64,000 nucleotides of DNA from Candidatus Latescibacterota bacterium (GTDB taxonomy: Bacteria > Latescibacterota > UBA2968 > UBA8231), in contig OZ241362.1 in NCBI GenBank assembly GCA_965200315.1, positions 4,608,001 through 4,672,000 on the forward strand. Direction: 5' to 3'. This document shows, piece after piece, positions 61,518 to 64,000 of this stretch (positions are counted from its first letter, which is position 1; each line of letters opens with the position of its first letter). Below the pieces are notes generated by a model that saw nothing but the letters and a program-made list of their open reading frames with translations, had not been told where the DNA came from and did no database searches. Both the position numbers and the translations under genes were made by a program.

Positions 61518-62185
61518 TGAGAAATCCGACTAATGCTGAATATCTTCTTGCTCTTAAAACAGCACGGGAATATCGAAGCAAAGGATACGATGTTTCGACA
61601 GAGGTGCTTCTCGACTTCTTTCCCAACTTCCTAGCGGACCTCGTTGTACGGAAAGGTGCCGAGTCGAAGGTGATTGAAGTGATGTCTCGGGCCTCACTGG
61701 CCGCGGACCGTAGAATCAGCGAATTGGCAAATATCATAGAATCGAAGCCGGATTGGACGTTTGAGTTGATCCTGGTGAGTGAGCCTGAGATCCGTGATGC
61801 ACCTGCTGGTGCAAGGTCTTTTGAAAGTGAAAGCATCCTCCAGCGAATTGAACAAGCTGAGAAAGCCCTGCAATCAGATATTCCCGAAGCTGCTTTCATG
61901 CTTGCGTGGTCGGCTTGCGAAGCTGCGATTCGAGCATTGGCGTCTAACGAAGGAGTTTCAAGGCCGGGTATTACCTCGGCGAGTTACGTCCTTGACCAAG
62001 CACGTTACTTGGGAGTTATCTCCAAGGACGAGTATCTCAAACTGACTGACTTGCATAAATATAGAAACGCGATTGCCCACGGATTTAGCCACGATGACCT
62101 AGACATCGAGATGGTTTTGGAATTGATCGAGACTACCCGTAGATTGACGAACGGGCAAAACGCAGAGGAATATGCCCAAACTTGA
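61514..62185 (+). CDS. REase (AHJR-like) domain fused to HEPN-like domain
   Basis: N-terminal EYRSKGYDV..ADLVVRKG..VIEV; C-terminal AAFMLAWSACEAAIR and RNAIAH (Rx4H); overlaps the rusA stop; start 61514 or 61517. Confidence 0.7.
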   Translation: MMRNPTNAEYLLALKTAREYRSKGYDVSTEVLLDFFPNFLADLVVRKGAESKVIEVMSRASLAADRRISELANIIESKPDWTFELILVSEPEIRDAPAGARSFESESILQRIEQAEKALQSDIPEAAFMLAWSACEAAIRALASNEGVSRPGITSASYVLDQARYLGVISKDEYLKLTDLHKYRNAIAHGFSHDDLDIEMVLELIETTRRLTNGQNAEEYAQT

Positions 62186-63864
62186 ATCCCCACCCCACCG
62201 GAATTGATCGCAACCTAACGCACTACGCCGACCGAGGTTTTAGCCGCTACCTACGCCGCGCTTTTCTCGCGTCGGCTGGCTACGACGAGGCGGATTTAGA
62301 GCGGCCCGTCGTCGGCATCGCCGACACCTCATCCGACTACACCACCTGCCATCGCGCCATGCCCCAGCTCGTAGAAGCGGTCAAACGGGGCGTGCTAGAA
62401 GCCGGCGGCCTACCCCTCGTCTTTCCGACCCTGGCCCTCGGCGAAATCCTCCTCTCCCCCACCGCCATGCTCTACCGCAACCTCATGGCCATGGCGACCG
62501 AGGAAATGATCGCCGCCCAGCCCATGGACGCGGTCGTGCTGCTCGGCGGCTGCGACAAAACCCTGCCCGCCCAACTCATGGCCTCGGCTTCCGCGTCCGT
62601 GCCCGCCATCCACCTCGTCGCCGGGCCGATGCTGGCCGGAGACTGGCGAGGCGAGCGATTGGGCGCATGCACGGATTGCCGCCGCTACTGGGCGCAGCAC
62701 CGGGCCGGTGCGCTCGACGCCGAGGAAATCGCCGCTGTCCGGCAGAGCCTGTGCCCAACCGCCGGGACCTGCATGGTCATGGGCACGGCCTCGACCATGG
62801 CTTGCGTGGCCGAGGCCCTCGGACTCATGCTGCCGGGCGCGGCCACCCCGCCCGCCGTCTCAGCTCAGCGTTTGCGGCTCGGAGTCGCCACAGGCCGCCG
62901 AGCCGTTGCCTTAGCCACCGAGGGACGGACGCCGCGAGACATACTAACGCCAGCGGCCTTTGCCAACGCACTCAAGGTGCTGGCCGCGCTGAGCGGCTCG
63001 ACGAATGCGGTCGTGCATCTGCTCGCCATTGCGCGTCGGGCCGGCGTGGACTTGTCGCTAGACGACTTCCATGAGGCAGCCCAACAAGTGCCGCTGCTGG
63101 TCGACTGCAAGCCAGCGGGCACTGGATACATGGAGGATTTCGACAAGGCCGGCGGCGTGCCCGTCCTGCTCAAAGCACTGGAGCCGATGCTCGACCTCGA
63201 TGCCGTAGGAGGCAGCGGCCAAACGCTCGGCGCACTCTTGCAGGACGTGGCCGGGCCCGGCGATTGGCAAACCGCGATCCGCACCGTGGCCGCGCCGCTG
63301 GGGCCAGCCTCGTCCCTCGTGGTGCTAAAAGGCTCGCTCGCGCCAGACGGAGCCGTCTTGAAAAAGGCCACCTCGTCCCCGCATCTACACAAGCACTGCG
63401 GGCCAGCCATCGTGTTTGAGGGGCCAGATGACGCCGCGCGCGTTGACGACCCGGCATTGGGCATTACGCCGGAACACGTGCTGGTGCTGCGCGGAGCCGG
63501 GCCGGTGGCCTTGGGGATGCCGGAAGCCGGCTCCATGCCCTTGCCCAAGCACCTCGCGGCGCAGGGCGTCGAGGATATGGTGCGCATCTCCGATGGGCGG
63601 ATGAGCGGCACGGCGTATGGGACGGTCGCTCTACACGTAGCGCCAGAAGCGGCCATCGGCGGGCCGTTGGCACTCGTCCGCGATGGCGACCTAATCGAGC
63701 TGGACGTAGCAGCCGGGCGCTTGGATTTGCTAGTCCCCGCAGAAACCCTCGCCTGCCGGCGGGCCGAATGGACCGCACCCGCTGCGCCAGCCCGGGGGTG
63801 GCGGCGGCTGTACGCCGAGCGCGTATTGCAGGCGAACTTGGGGGCGGATTTAGATTTTTGCTAA
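62182..63864 (+). CDS. ilvD: Dihydroxy-acid dehydratase family (IlvD/Edd), possibly a sugar-acid dehydratase
   Basis: GGCDKT, GTCMVMGTAST, GSTNA, LAPDGAV, GMPE, DGRMSGT, HVAPE. Confidence 0.88.
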   Translation: MNPHPTGIDRNLTHYADRGFSRYLRRAFLASAGYDEADLERPVVGIADTSSDYTTCHRAMPQLVEAVKRGVLEAGGLPLVFPTLALGEILLSPTAMLYRNLMAMATEEMIAAQPMDAVVLLGGCDKTLPAQLMASASASVPAIHLVAGPMLAGDWRGERLGACTDCRRYWAQHRAGALDAEEIAAVRQSLCPTAGTCMVMGTASTMACVAEALGLMLPGAATPPAVSAQRLRLGVATGRRAVALATEGRTPRDILTPAAFANALKVLAALSGSTNAVVHLLAIARRAGVDLSLDDFHEAAQQVPLLVDCKPAGTGYMEDFDKAGGVPVLLKALEPMLDLDAVGGSGQTLGALLQDVAGPGDWQTAIRTVAAPLGPASSLVVLKGSLAPDGAVLKKATSSPHLHKHCGPAIVFEGPDDAARVDDPALGITPEHVLVLRGAGPVALGMPEAGSMPLPKHLAAQGVEDMVRISDGRMSGTAYGTVALHVAPEAAIGGPLALVRDGDLIELDVAAGRLDLLVPAETLACRRAEWTAPAAPARGWRRLYAERVLQANLGADLDFC

Positions 63865-63883
63865 ACAACGCGAGGAGGAATGC

Positions 63884-64000
63884 ATGCTTAGCGCATTGCT
63901 CGCCGAGCGCGAGCGGCAAGGCAGATCGATCCGGGTCGGCATCATCGGCGCGGGAAAATTCGGCGGCGGGCTGGTCGCGCAGATTGCCCAGATGCAGGGC
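63884..64000 (+). CDS. NAD(P)-dependent oxidoreductase (homoserine dehydrogenase-like/SAF family), runs off window
   Basis: MLSALLAERERQGRSIRVGIIGAGKFG Rossmann motif; GAGGAGG RBS. Confidence 0.7.
   Translation, partial: MLSALLAERERQGRSIRVGIIGAGKFGGGLVAQIAQMQG

Overview
A GC-rich bacterial chromosomal window dominated by catabolic genes: form II CoxL/CoxM-like molybdoenzyme subunits, a CoA-transferase and enoyl-CoA hydratase, three PhyH-type dioxygenases, three enolase-superfamily dehydratases, several Zn/Fe dehydrogenases, a sugar ABC transporter, eda and an IlvD/Edd dehydratase. It also holds glnD, amt, pheA, pnuC, msrB, a porin-imelysin-diheme iron cluster and a MrfA-like helicase fused to an RNase H-like exonuclease. 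Small lower-GC inserts of conflict genes, many decayed, sit between the operons: an IS1595 relic, a 145-bp MITE, a chimeric HicB/VapB-tail antitoxin with a PIN toxin, a VapBC pair between duplicated MNT/cupin fragments, a solo OLD-like ATPase-TOPRIM, two restriction-modification relics, a hicBA relic, two DUF4143 ATPases and an intact RusA + REase-HEPN pair. The best candidates for undescribed systems are: (1) the six-gene Amt/STAS + binding protein/TorS-like kinase/REC-PP2C/RsbW partner-switching locus (37542-44258); (2) the RusA + REase-HEPN module (61113-62185); (3) the HicB-VapB hybrid antitoxin with VapC (19205-20113); (4) a structured ~140-nt ncRNA candidate between duplicated promoter-like repeats (34169-34414). 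No rRNA, tRNA or CRISPR array was seen. All family calls come from recognising motifs by eye, not from database searches.
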